DNA from: Takakia lepidozioides
Lineage: Eukaryota; Plantae; Bryophyta
DNA length: 64,000 bases
Assembly: GCA_030704615.1 (NCBI GenBank)
Contig: CM060732.1
Location: 13,020,001-13,084,000, forward strand
Direction: 5' to 3'
In this document: positions 1 through 13,034 of the stretch, one piece after another
Layout: every line of letters begins with the position of its first letter
Position numbering within the stretch: position 1 is the first letter of the stretch
Translations under genes and position numbers: made by a program
Notes under the pieces: generated by a model
What the model saw: only the letters and a program-made list of their open reading frames with translations
Database searches by the model: none
What the model was told of the DNA's origin: nothing

Positions 1-638
1 TGCTCTGGTTGATCGATCTAACTTCTACTGTGACGTTGGCCTACGGACGATGCACAATATTGCAGTGCTCTTGAGCTCTCTTTGCCATCTCATTTGCCAG
101 CTCGGAATAGCTCTGCATGAGGTGTCCCATGCCACCGCTGATTCTAAAAGTTGCATGGTCCAATTTTTTTTTTGTCATTCGATGTCTAGAAGTATTTATT
201 TGATTTGCTCCTAAATTGACGTTGACATTGGTAATCAGAATGTTGAAAAGAGTGATTCATCATTCTTCCCATGAGAGCTTCGGAGTTGTCACTTCCTCCC
301 ATCGTCTTGGCTCTAAATATGCGAGTCTGCTTTCTTCCCAGGGGAAATCACTTCCATTTTTTTACAAAGGGCGTGCAAAAAAATATAGGGTAACATATAT
401 TCTTTGAAGATAAAATTTACAATATTTTTAGAAATAAAATTAGGTGTCCTTATTTGTGGATACCGGATTTAAATAAAAATAGGGTTATGAATATATGCTT
501 ACAGTCCAATATTTAAAAAAAATAGCATGCTAGATAATTGTGCATATTACAAAATTAAATAATTATAGGGTGGATGAAAAAAGGGGAAAAAAAAATTAAT
601 ACCCCCATAGAAAACACCTGTTTATCGCACATGATTCC

Positions 639-870
639 CTAAACTATATAAGGAGTGATCTCCCCGAGCTTTCTTCTTGCTGCAATGCACCGGAAACGAC
701 AAAAAATTGATGGTTGCATGTTGCCGTTGAAGGACTGTAGGACCCTACCATAGATGTCGGGGAGTGTATTGAGCATTCTCTCGACCAAGTCTCTGTCGGC
801 AACTACTTCCCCAATGTCCGTGAGCTCAAATTGCATTTCTTGGATCTTTGCAAGATAGTCTGCAACTAAC
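639..870 (-). pseudogene. Ty1/Copia gag fragment (second, separate copy)
   Basis: ORF 639-836 QFELTDIGEVVADRDLVERMLNTLPDIY has the Copia gag (UBN2-type) pattern L..IG..V.D.DLV..ML..LP..Y. Confidence 0.65.
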
Positions 871-899
871 GTACAATCGCCAAGTCATGGAAGAGCAGT

Positions 900-2358
900 C
901 TAAATCCTTTGTCAATCAAGGTACAAACAGATAGCAAAATTTGCATACACCCGGGACATACAAAATTTCTTCGACTTTTTATTACATGATTCTTGACATG
1001 AATAACAATGTTGCCTTTCCCGACTACGTGGTGGTACAGGCGTCCACCTGTTTTGACCTTGGAGTTACCTTCTCCCTTTCTGATATTGGATAAAAGACGG
1101 TCATTGCCTGAGACATGCTTAGTGGCCCCGCTATCCGCATACCAATCCGCGGCGTCATGGATATTGAGCTAAGTTAAGCTCGAGAATATCCGCAGCCAGT
1201 TCAGTAGGGGTGTCACTAACTCCGAAAAATTCTATATCTCCTCATTGCTGCCATCTTCGATGATGTTGACTGCAGATGTTCGGTAGCGTGTTCGGTAGCG
1301 TGACGCTTGATCTCATTTGATAATTCTTTCGATATTTGTTGTCATTGGGCTGACTCTTGTTTTTTGAGAATTTAGACTTGATCAGCAAAGCCTCGGGGTC
1401 GAATTTTTTTCCGTGCGAGTCTTTTAAATTTCTCGCTTGGCTTCGTCTAGCAAAAGAATACTGATTAGTTCATTGAGCGTTGGAAATTTAGGTCGGTTTT
1501 TTAAAGTGCATGCCATATCATATTCCAAACTCTGGAGATAGAGAGTTCAGAATTTGTTCCACCAAGTCCTCTTCACAGACCGGTTCTCGGATGTTGGCTA
1601 ACTGGTTGATAATCTCCTCGAGCTGCTTGATATCTGTGACTGATCCGCCATTTTCCGAGTCGAATGTTGGTGAGGTGGCTCTTGAGCAACAGACCATTTT
1701 TCTGCTCATACAGGTCCTTTAAGGTCTGCCACCTGACAGTTGGACTTGTGATCCCGGCTATGTGTGGAATAATTTCATCTCGCACAAAGAGACTGATTAT
1801 CGCCAATGTTTTCTTCTGCCTACGTTCGTAATCAGCGGCGGACTCTCATTCCTTCTCTTCGAATTGTCCCTCGACATTGGATTCTACAATGTCTATCAGT
1901 TGATCTCTTTATAACAAGCTGGAAACATGGAATTACTTCCATATATTATAATTGGAAAGTCCACCTAGCTTGGAGGCATTTGACACACTACTCTCCTTGT
2001 GGGCCATGCTGACACTATGCCAAAACTATAGAGTTACACTAATGTCGCTGTCACCGAGCCAGAGCATTATCGGAGTCCTAGCAGCAAACGATCCCACTAC
2101 TAACCTGCTCTAAAACCATAAAGTGGATCAAGTAGGAAAAACTTGACTTCAAAGTCTGTTTGCCAAATTCCTAAAGGCTCACTATATACTAAGGTCGCAG
2201 CTGCTATGACATGAAGTCCAACTCCTTTGGATGCTTAAGCCTACAAAGAGAGGTGAGTGGGGTGGCTAGTGGTCATCTCGGAGTGCTAAGACTAATTGTT
2301 CACCACTAAGCACGGTGACTTTTTCTATGTAACTGCTAAGGTACTTCTACTCTTAACA
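900..2358 (-). mobile_element. Degenerate Ty1/Copia LTR retrotransposon, 5' part (LTR, PBS, gag, protease)
   Basis: Minus strand: TGTTAA at 2358 as putative LTR start; PBS-like TGGTTTTAGAGCA at ~2106-2118 (variant of tRNA-iMet PBS TGGTATCAGAGC); frameshifted gag 1806-1518 (WQTLKDLYE...IINQLANIREPVCEEDLVEQILNSL); protease motif DWYADSGATKHVSGN at ~1147-1105. Confidence 0.8.
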
Positions 2359-4799
2359 AGTATTAAACCTAGAGAGTGACTTCTGAGATTCAATCTTATT
2401 TGACCGTGTTAATCACGATGATGACACTCTTCGTTGATCTACAATTTCAACTTTATGATCTCAGTCTCCTGCCAATGTTCCAACCTTGACCAGATTGTAA
2501 TTTGATGTAATTCCCGAATAGAGTCGTGATTTCATTGGTAGAATCATATATATAATAGTCCCAATCATGCAATCAGCTCTTATTCCAAGTGCAACCAACT
2601 ATGAGACAACACTCTACACATAGTTGTCTCGATTTCCAGCAAAACTAAAGTCTCAACCTGAACCAATATGAACTTGCTAGCAATTACACAAAGTACTAGA
2701 ACACATCCAGTCCTCCCAACCACTACACCGTGTGCAGTTCTCTTATGTATCCACCGTTCTGTTCTCTCATTTGACATTTCTCAATGCCCACTATTTTTCA
2801 TAGCTCACATACTCCATATCCACAAACTCCTAAGAGGAGAAAAAAAAAAAAAAAAAAAAACCCCCAATGTCCTTCACTATATCGTCTTTCTATCTTTCTT
2901 TGTCACGTTCAGGTATGGCCATCCTCTTGATCATCTACAATTGGCCGCCTCATGTCACTTCACGATGTAGCTACATCTTCAGCTCCGCCTTCATATTGTA
3001 CACCTTCTGCATACAGGCTGAACCTTTCAACTTCCCCAAACCTGTCACAAGTTCAATTCTCCAAGATTGTTATGTGCAAGAAACCATCCTAAACATTAAG
3101 CATTACACCACCTGTCAACATAGGATGTTTTGCTCCTAACACATTAAATTTGCTTTTTATAAAAAAAGTGTGGTTACTTACGTAGTTGATACAATACACC
3201 ATAGGTATCCAACAATTAGAGGAACAATTAAATAATGTGTTGTTTGTTCTAACAAGATTTCCAATTGATGGAAGACGGAGGGAAAGCAAGTTATGGTGGC
3301 TCACTTTTGCTGTCACAATATCATTTTTGCAGTACATACTTACTCTCTATTGACTCATATTCTTTCATTCAACGTAAATAATCAAATGGGACTCAGAAAG
3401 GGTATTCTAACTACACCTACTTACGCTCTTGGAAGCCTCACCAATCAATTTATGATTCTCTTAAAGTAATGGATTTTGAAAAAATCCATATACAAATGTA
3501 GCAGTCCATAATATGTCCTTTTATGGATTTGTTTTCTTCATGGTACATGCCAAAATGAAAAACAAAATGACTCATTATAAGGAGGCACTTTTCTTAAAGA
3601 AACTAATATTACAAATCCAATATGTTAACCCTTAACTTCCTACACAACCCGTTTCAGATCCATGTGTCTAGAGGACCATCCTAACTTTTGCAGATGAACT
3701 TTTTTTCATCTGTTCCTTCTAGCATTTATTGCGCATGAGGTGGCCCACCTGCTCCAATTTATTGCATGCATTTGGAGCAGGTAGGCGACCTCTAGATTTT
3801 TCGAAAGGGACATGGGTCAGAAAACAATGGATGGAGGAGAGTTGACTAGACATATGGGGTCCCCTCATTGGGCCACCCCAGTCCCTGAATTTGCAATGTG
3901 AATTTCAATTTTCTCCATTAGATCATATTGAAAATTTGCCTATTGCTTCAAGGTGCTGTAACACAGCCCCTCACCAGAGGGATTTTTTTAATTTTGGTTT
4001 TTGGGATGACATGTTTTGGAGGGAAGCTTCAAGTTTGTATGTGTTTGTTAGGAATGGACATGTCAACCCTCACCAAAACACATACAAAGCAGCATATGCA
4101 AGAAAATGTTGGTTTGATGTGAAAGTTGGCATGCATTTTGCATTTGTAATGTACATTATGAAAATTTGGGGTAGCCCTTTTGGAAATTCTCAAAGCCCCT
4201 CAATAAGCTTGGTCAAAGAAAATAAAGGTTTTTTTCAAAGCAAAAATTTAAAAAATCTTTCCTAGAAAAACAATATAATCTCTCAAACCCAACGGTGAAA
4301 ATTCCTAAAATCTGGGTAGATGGCGTAGAGGCCAAGTAAGTATGTATGTGTACGATTCATTTTTGTGGATGAATGTTGGTAGGTGGGTAGCCTCCGATTA
4401 GTTCCAAGAGGTAGTAGTTTTTGAAAGAGGAAAAATTCACCTTGTAGAAAATTAAGGATTAATATTCAATTATGTAAAATTTTATGTACTTTTAAGTACC
4501 CTAAAAGGTGGTGAATTTTCAAATTATCATACAAGAGGAAAATGAATGAATTAAAGAAACTCCCTTCATTGAAAAGGTACATTTGCCTATTGCAGAGGGC
4601 CGCCAAGAAAGATATGGATTTTTTCATGTAATTAGATGTTTAAGGTTTATGGTTTAGGGTTGATTTTAAGGTTAACTTTAGGATTTCGACAACTTAATCT
4701 AATCACAATTTTTTCATCCAAATGAATTTTCTTTATAAGTTCATTTACTTTCTCAGTCAATGCATCATTGTATTTTCATTTTTTAAACTTTAAAAAAAA

Positions 4800-7700
4800 T
4801 GTTGTGTACTTCTGAAGGACTCATGATGTGGTCATCACTGAGCCACCGTAGCTTGCTTTCACTGGGGACCAATTAGTATGTACTAAGGACCTTTAATATG
4901 TGATCTTCCAAATGTAAGCGTATGTCAACATGGTATCAGATCCGAGTATGACTCAATGAATAGTTTGTTGAAATCCAACGTGAGCAAATATAGCTTTGTT
5001 CCTTCACTTTTGTTTGTCCAAGAATAGTGTCAGTGAGCTTAGCTTGTTACTGTGTCTAGCGCAACATGAGCCCAGAGTCCATTTGTCCTCGTTCTGTCCT
5101 TCGATTGTCTTCTTTCTGTAGTCACTTTACTGATCATTTTTTTGTTTCATCAAGTCTTTCACGAAGACCAGTCAAGATCCAATCTGTGAGGTCAATAGTT
5201 TGAGTGGTCTCTTGAACCAAGAAATTCAAACTCGAGAATATCCTCCTTCGAGAGGACTTACGGGACATCGTTGACCACCTCACTTCCACGAGAGTCTTCG
5301 ACCCTAAGAATCATAATAGCGAAAGATGAGAGTGGAAGTTCTAATGATCACTTTGAATCTTTATGTCAAGGACCATATCATGCTTTCCATTACATTTGTT
5401 TTTATCCAAAACATAGCTAGAGGTACCTTGCTGATTTATACGTGACTATTAACTACGATCAAAGGATGTCTTCCAGCTAAATGCTGCCTATGAGGTGCTA
5501 GGCGAAGGTCTTCGTGATCTATCGAATGGCCTTTAGAATCTTAGTGTCGATTGAATCATTCGTGGGCACGGTGGAAAGTACAGCAGACCTCACACGGATC
5601 TGGCATCACTCTGATTGGACCACTTGAGCTAAGAGTTTGAATTTCTTGTCACAGAAAGGCCTTGCCGTCAACCTTCCTCGAAATTTGTCCACATGTTATG
5701 ATGTCTGTCATGCATGCGCACTTGGGAAGCAAAGTCGGGAGAGAGCTGGACAAAGAAGAGTCTTCATAGGAGTTCCTCACCTCTTGATATGATCCATACT
5801 GAGCTTTGTGGACCATTGTCCACACCTTCATAAGGGAAAAATGCGTGTTTTTTCAGAAGTCCATAGCACCTTCTTTTTTGTTTTATGATGCGGGGAGACG
5901 GAAAATCCTGCTATCTTTAACTAAAATCATGTAGGTCTCATTATCTCAAATAGCCCCAACAAGTATGGACAAACAAATCATGAAATCTAGATCTAAACAC
6001 AGCCTTGGAGGAACTTCGTGGCAAGTTACTTATAGAATTCGTCGTAGGTAGCATGGATCCCACCATTTGAGGGGTTGGATGGACTTTTATGGATGTCACC
6101 ATATGCCAATTTTGGTCCACCATATCTTGCATTTACCCAGAAATCTATTGATATTAAATGGATGTATAAGGTTAAGATGTGCTCTGATTGCAAAGTAATC
6201 AAACTCAAGGCGAGACTTATTGCCAAAGGGTTTAAATAAACAACAGGATTTGACTACAATGAGACGTTCGCCCCTATAGCAAATGGAGTACCATCCGATG
6301 TGCAGTTGTTTTAGCCGTAAGCCAAGACTGGGACATCCTATACATTGACGTTAAGACTACGTTCCTTCATGGAAACCTAGAAGATGACGTCTGGTACATT
6401 CTTTAAGCAGGAAGCTTCAATGTGGCAGGTATTGAGCGTAAAGTTTGCAAGCTTCACAAGGCCTTATATGACCTCACAAGCCAACTCGCTAGCTAGCTTG
6501 GTACACGAAGATCATTCATAAGGTTTGACAATTAATTGTCATTCTGATTCTATTTAGTATTTTCTTTTCGAAGATTGCAAAACCATCATCATTGTCCATG
6601 TAGATGATCTCATCATTACAGGCAACCACACCTCTAAATTGCACGACTCTATGATCCAAATACTTCGACATGTCTTTATTACGTCATTTGCAATATTACA
6701 TTGGTGCTATTTTCATCCGTGGTTCCTAGGGCATAATCATGTCTCACAAACTATTCATTCTCTAGTGCTTAACCGATCTAGGTCTCGCTGATTGCCATAC
6801 TTGTCATCTAGTCTCTCTTCCCGAAAGCATCAAGTTGTCTGTCGACATGGATGCACCTCTTGAACTGATTCCACTACCTATAGACGCATGGTTGGAAACT
6901 CCTCCACATCAACCATACACATCCATATATTTATTTGGGTGTGGGCGTGGTTTCTACATTCATGCAAGCTCCTCAACGACCTAATCATCTTGACGCTATC
7001 AAACGCATTGTCCGCGCACACAAGATTTGATAGTCTTATATTGAAGGGGGCTAGAGCTAATTAAGTAACTACACTCGGTTGATACAGACTACGTTGGTGA
7101 CCTCAATGAGCACAAGTAAACTTACGGGTACGTTTTCACTTTAGGAAATGGCCCTACCTCGTGGAGAAGCAAGAAACAAGGATGTGTAGCCCAAATCTTC
7201 CACCAAAGCAAAATACATGGCATTATCTGAAGCAGTATGGCTTCAAAGGATACTAAACGGAATTCATTTGACAAGAACCTATATAAATAGGGGTGTACAA
7301 AGGTGTATTGAATCACATGGACCTTGTATGAAGACGTACCTTTTGGAAGGGTATGCTTCGTATATTACCCTCGAAGCCGTGTTAGAAGGTCTTCTAGTGG
7401 GAAGAAAATCCCAGGAAAGTCTCCATTTTCCAGAAACGTCACTAGGATTCGAAGAAGCTTGCCAGTCTTGCGATTTAGAGTATGGATTAGGGTCTGAAAC
7501 TCAGCCCAAGCTAACTCAGCAATACTGGAAAGGTAAAGGATAGGAAAAGCCTGTGAAACCACGATATTGTAGGATTGGTTCACAGGTCGGTTTGAGTCAA
7601 ACTGAATATATTGAGTGTACTTAAAGGGTAGTTTCCTTCTTTTGTCAAAAAAATTTTGAACTAAAAGGAACCAGCCTCAAAGTCCAAGATGGTAATCTGG

Positions 7701-9690
7701 ATATTCATAAAAGAGGCTTCAGTCCCAATATTTATATAATCATACCTGGTCTGCATCAGTTCAGGCTTAATCTCCACAAACTCAAGGCAGCCTTTGCAGA
7801 TTCAAAAGGATTTATTGCAATACTTCCTCAATACTTCTTCTACCTGAACGTCCTCCAGTGTTAAGGAACTGTCCTCTTCCAGATCTGCCACCCATGTTGA
7901 ACTTGTTCATCCCTCGTCCCTGTGTGCCTCTTCCCCTAGCCGATGTTCGGTTTTGGGGGGAGTTCCAGGTATCATCTCTTGTTCTTTTGGTGGTGACATG
8001 TGGTTTTGGTAAAGCATCTGTAAATGCCCCAGGTTTGATCAACCTCTCAATGTACCTTGCTCCATTAACTTCCCCTAAGCATTTGAGAAGCTTAGCATTA
8101 GGGTCAGTGGCTGCAAACTCTCCTACAGCCTCCCTCATGTACTCCTCTGAAATGTGATCTGGGACATGATAGCTCCTCTCATTGCCCTCATCATCCATAC
8201 CATAAAATTGTAGTATTTGCTGTGTATGGAGGGTAAGACGCATCTGGAAAAAATGTATTGAAATGGTTGCCGTTACAACCTGAAGATGTATTTGGTGTGA
8301 CAATTGCATCTGAATAAGGTCTGTGCCAATTGAACAACTGGCTTTTATGGTTCTTGGACCTAGTTGAGCCTCTATAGGTAGGTCATTCTTGGTCCTAATT
8401 GTAATATTGTCCCCCTTGTCGCAGAGTTTGTAATAGAAGGTCTTAAGGGGCCATGCTATAGCAATGGTTTCCTTCTTCATTCTCTGTATGCCGTCAATTG
8501 CATCTTGTTCACATCTGGCGAGCTCTGAAGGTGTGAGATTGCCCCACTTGGCCCACATCTCAATGGAAACAAGAGCTAACAAATTGATGTTTGAGAGGGG
8601 ATGCCACATCTGGTGTTCATTGGCTGCCATATCCAGTTCCACTGCCCTAGGAGGTAACCAAGGAACAAATGATAAATTACCAGGTGGAGCCCCTACGGTA
8701 CGGTCCCGTTGGACCTGGGATAACTCCACATGTTCACAAAATTCCTGCACAACATCCTTCATCATCGGGAAGGACCATGTGCACCAAGAACGGATGATTA
8801 CTTATTGAGGGAACAAACTCAGTTTGAATCTTACTTGGAGTGATAGTAACAGCATCTGGTGTCTCTTCTTCTGGGCTAACCAGCCTCAATGCAGCTTCGA
8901 TCTCGGATTCTTTCTGTTCTCATTCTGCCATATCTTTGGCATCTTGTTCCAAAAAACATCGCAACAATGCTCATCCTATGCGACAATCAAAGCTCTATGA
9001 AAATGACACTCAACCTTGTTTTCTATGACCAGAAGAAACATATTGATGTGACAAACTGTTTTATCTAAAACTTAGAAGGATAGAGAGACTGAACTTGTCT
9101 ACATATCCAACAAAGACCAAGTCACTGACATCCTCACCATGCCACTAGGACCGACGAGTTCAATTTACACAACTGCGAACAAACTCAATCTCGGAGAAGT
9201 TTATCGACAGTCGAAACAAGTAATCTTCATTCTTAGGTACAATGATATGTACATATCAGGTTTGTTCCTCGGCAAATTTCATGTACAATTCTAAGGCTAG
9301 GGCAGTATCCAAAGAAGGAGCTGCATGAACGACTCCCATATGGATAATACCTATGCATCTGAATTTAAATGGAGACTCTCAGCAGACCTCCTGAAGCAAC
9401 TCATTTTACTAAGACATCGGCCAAAAGGGATCCGTCTTTGGCAACTAATGGATAAGGTCAGGTGCAAAGGGTGGGTATTAGATTATCCACACCTGACCTA
9501 TAGCTAGCTGGCAATTTCACATGCACATACCATCTAGTTTGTTCTAACAGGTAGTTAGATTAGCCTTGTATTATGATGATATGGAGTTGGGCCCTAAACT
9601 CTAATTGTAATATGTGTATAATGTTTTTGAAAATCAAGTTCTTGATCACTTAGTACATCGTGATCTTCCAAGTCTAAACGTATGTAACCT
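4800..9690 (+). mobile_element. Degenerate, internally deleted Ty1/Copia element interrupted by a ~1.7-kb insertion
   Basis: ...TGTCAACA (4930) followed by PBS TGGTATCAGA (4931); a similar LTR-end sequence recurs at 9660-9688; RT motifs KWMYKVK...LKARLIAKGF...FDYNETFAP (~6155-6280); RNase H DTDYVGD...GYVFTLGNGPTSWRSKKQ (7081-7180) resumes as CDNQS...KKHIDV...QVTDILT (8978-9140). Boundaries approximate. Confidence 0.85.
7812..8765 (-). CDS. Unknown 317-aa ORF with RG/GR-rich C-terminus, inside the insert in the Copia RNase H
   Basis: Uninterrupted 954-nt ORF; a plausible reading continues upstream to ~8945 across a frameshift; no family recognised. Confidence 0.5.
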   Translation of the reverse strand: MMKDVVQEFCEHVELSQVQRDRTVGAPPGNLSFVPWLPPRAVELDMAANEHQMWHPLSNINLLALVSIEMWAKWGNLTPSELARCEQDAIDGIQRMKKETIAIAWPLKTFYYKLCDKGDNITIRTKNDLPIEAQLGPRTIKASCSIGTDLIQMQLSHQIHLQVVTATISIHFFQMRLTLHTQQILQFYGMDDEGNERSYHVPDHISEEYMREAVGEFAATDPNAKLLKCLGEVNGARYIERLIKPGAFTDALPKPHVTTKRTRDDTWNSPQNRTSARGRGTQGRGMNKFNMGGRSGRGQFLNTGGRSGRRSIEEVLQ

Positions 9691-11748
9691 TTAGAAAAGG
9701 CTGGATGATCAACAACTTCCCCAAGCTCCACTGGCACATGGCCCCTCCATTCCAACGATCAAATGTCATTGTCTAAACCACATCCCCAACTGTTTTACTA
9801 CAAAATGCTATATATTGTTGCTAATTTTGGTCAAGAAAAATGTATATACATTTATTTTGGATTCTTTATCATATACTTAATATGAATTGTCACCCCTAGG
9901 CAAGACAAGATGATTACTCGCGGCTAGTTATCACATGAACATAGAAGTACGGAGAACTTCACCAACATAATCAATCATTAATAAACCGTCGGGAACAGAA
10001 TCTGCCAATGGCTTGAGCTACCGCCAGGAAAGCTCCTCCTCTATGGGAAGAAGTCACTCTTTGTTACTGTGACGAGTATGTTGACGTTGTTACCCACATA
10101 TCCTGGTTGATTCACCAAAGATGATGAGAGGATCAGATAGTGCAAAGGAATGCCTGATCTCCTTGGTTTCCCTAGCACTATGGCAGCAGCAGCAGAGGCA
10201 ACATGTGCCATATCCCAATATCGTGTAAGCCCCCCAAGCATCCCTTCGTTTTTGTTTTTGGCCCAATGTTGGCCAGTTGGCCTTGTGTCGTGACCACTGA
10301 ACTACAAAAGAGCCTGAGAGAGGGAGAGAGAAAACAATAAGTCACGATATCAACTGCAACAACTACATATTGAGAATTTATATTGAGAAGCTTGGTCACA
10401 TGACCCCATTTTGTAAAGAACGACTTCATTCTTGACAAGTTCCATTTTAGTTATATGCCAACGTTTGTCACTTTTTTGGTCACTTCTTCGCAAAAGTCTT
10501 TTATTTACGTGAACTAACGAATATGACACTTTAGTAAATGTGATTACGCTAATTAGGGCATCTGATTTATGTTTATATGGCAATGACATAGCAAATACTC
10601 ATGCAGTTTGCATGGTCATGGATGGTCCATGCAACATAAACCTTAAATTAGTGTCTTGGTTTAGAAGATTGCTATGGGCCAAAGCAACTCATTTTACATG
10701 AAATAATGAAAGATGGTCTCAATTACATATCAGCGTCACCGTCCAACACATTTATTGATTTCATTCTCAACTGAAGCTAATCTGTTGATCAAACCGAGGG
10801 TTGTTGTTGTAAAAAAATTGAATATTACTTGAAATGGTTGTCCATCTAGTCCAATGCTTGTAGTATAATCAAATGCAATAGGGCTCATTTGAAAGATAAA
10901 AGATGAACTGTGAGAGTAGGTGGCCCAATCCATCAGCTTTGTTACACCCTATATATTTAAGTATGTTTCAAAATTTGGAAAGCTTTGTTCAAGCTTTATG
11001 CTTGAGTTGCATAAACCCACAAGCTCAGAGTTGAAAACAAACATATATATGGGGGAAGAAGCCTTGGGAAAATATATAAACCATTTTAGATTATCTAATC
11101 ATCTAATGCGCTACACCTATCTAGGATAGTTTTAGGATCTATGGGTTTCACAATAGTGATCTCTCATACATGTGAGTGATTAATACCACCCTAATGGGTT
11201 ACCTTGTCATGGGATTAACGTCCCTAAGCGTCTACCTCGGCAGTATGTGACCCCAAACCAGCTAAGAGCTACCCTAGGCTCTTAAACCAGAAAAATGAAC
11301 CCTTGGACAATACTCACCTATCAAGGGAAAATACCAAAATAATATTCCACCCATTATAGCCAAGGATTACTAGTAACCTTTGATCTCATTTCAGTCTTTT
11401 AAAAGCAGATTCGGGGTGTGATTTGGACCAACTTAAGCACAAACAATTGGATGAAATACCACCAAAAATTAAATCTATTTGTATCTGCCCTCGGTCTGAT
11501 GTCTGTTCATCCGAATCTCCGGCTACAGAATTTCAGTTGCTGTCCGCCCTATTTGAATGGATCTGTTAGGGCAGTACAAACAAAAAATCTCTTAATGAGC
11601 CAAATTTCTTAAGGCAGGTGCCATTCAAAAGATGTTAGAATTCTCTACAAGCCCTTTAGATGCCATCTTGATCTGGCCATTAAAAGAAAAGTTGTAAAAA
11701 GCCCCAGCCATCACAAAGTGGTTGCTTCCTCGACGCTTAGGTTGCCAC

Positions 11749-12400
11749 TAGTGTTGGACTGGTATGTCCATTTTTTAATACCAGACTGGTCCTGGTATGA
11801 AGGGCCCCACCCCTTTTTCATACCAGGCTGGTATAGGTATCTATACAGGTACGAGCAACTTGGGTATGAATCTGGTATGAGTAGTTGTACTTTGGGCTGT
11901 ATATGAGTATGGTACTGGTATTGCCCTTTCTCTGTAGTGATACTAGGGGGGTATGAGCACTGGTATGGTATTTCTACAGCTCACCATACATAGAAATAAA
12001 TGTCATTTAGCACATAGCTAATTTTAATCCAAGCCGTGAAACACTAGGCAAAGGTAACCCAAAGTAGCACGAAACAGCAAATGAAGTCTAAATTGCAACA
12101 TGGAGCCTTGAATTAACCAAATTGTAGTAGAGGGTATAACTAGCTGCACTAACATATATTCATACCTACCTCCATTTGCCATGAACTCACCGCAATACTG
12201 GTATGGGGACCATGCTATTCCTCCATATACCCAGACTGGTATGGTATGTGTGTGGGGAATCCTAAAGCCATACTCCCCCAGTACGTGTATCACATGGGTA
12301 CACTGGTTCTTTCATACCCGACTGGTATGTTCTTCAATATATATATATTCATACCTGTATTCCATACCTAGGTTAAACCAGGTATACCAGTCCAACACTG
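11749..12400. mobile_element. Non-autonomous hAT element (MITE), 652 bp
   Basis: 17-bp TIRs (T/C)AGTGTTGGACTGGTAT at 11749-11765 and 12384-12400; perfect 8-bp TSD GTTGCCAC at 11741-11748 and 12401-12408; many internal (T)GGTAT/ATACC subterminal motifs. Confidence 0.93.
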
Positions 12401-12660
12401 GTTGCCACCAAACCTCATCTCTTGTTAAGGCCACTCATTAAACCACTCACATTCAGTTAGTTGAAGCTACATTGTTATTAGACCAAAGTGCTTCTAAAGT
12501 CCCTCCAACCGTTGGACTATTGTGGTTATCAATCTCAGTATTGTTTCTAATGCAATATAATGGATTACAAGAAAAAGTTGGTTATGTTATTGCTGGCCTT
12601 TTCTGGCTTTTTCCAAGCTTCTGACTCTTTTTGTTTTGTTGTTGGTTCTCTTCTGCGGAA

Positions 12661-13034
12661 GAGAGACTATGCATCATGTTTAAGTCAATGGAGAAAATGT
12701 GGTCAAAGAACTTTACACCGTGTCAAGGCTCCGTTAGGTGTGTTGTGCTGAGTCATGCCCCTTTATTCTCACCTCCCCTTTATGTTTTGCCAAAGGAAGA
12801 GAGCTCATAGGCTTGTTCTTCTTTGTGGTCCTAGGGTCACCAAGTGCCTTTGTAAGCCTTCCCTGCTGTTTTTTTTGTTTTTTCCACCTTTCTTAATGCA
12901 TTTCTGCCTTCTTTATTGGCTCTCTTGTAGAGAGAGACTTTGCCGAGACATGCAAGTCAATGGAGAAAATGTGGTCAAAGGACCTTATACCGCGTCAAGG
13001 CGCTGATTGGTGTGTTGTGCTGAGTCATGCTCCC
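12661..13034 (+). repeat. Diverged ~100-bp direct repeat, ~270-bp spacing
   Basis: GAGAGACT...AAGTCAATGGAGAAAATGTGGTCAAAG...GTGTGTTGTGCTGAGTCATGC at 12661-12760 and 12932-13030. Confidence 0.8.

Noticed and set aside
3620-4790. Possible DNA transposon remnant (also 13800-14340)
   Set aside because: No paired TIRs, TSD or coding motif could be established.
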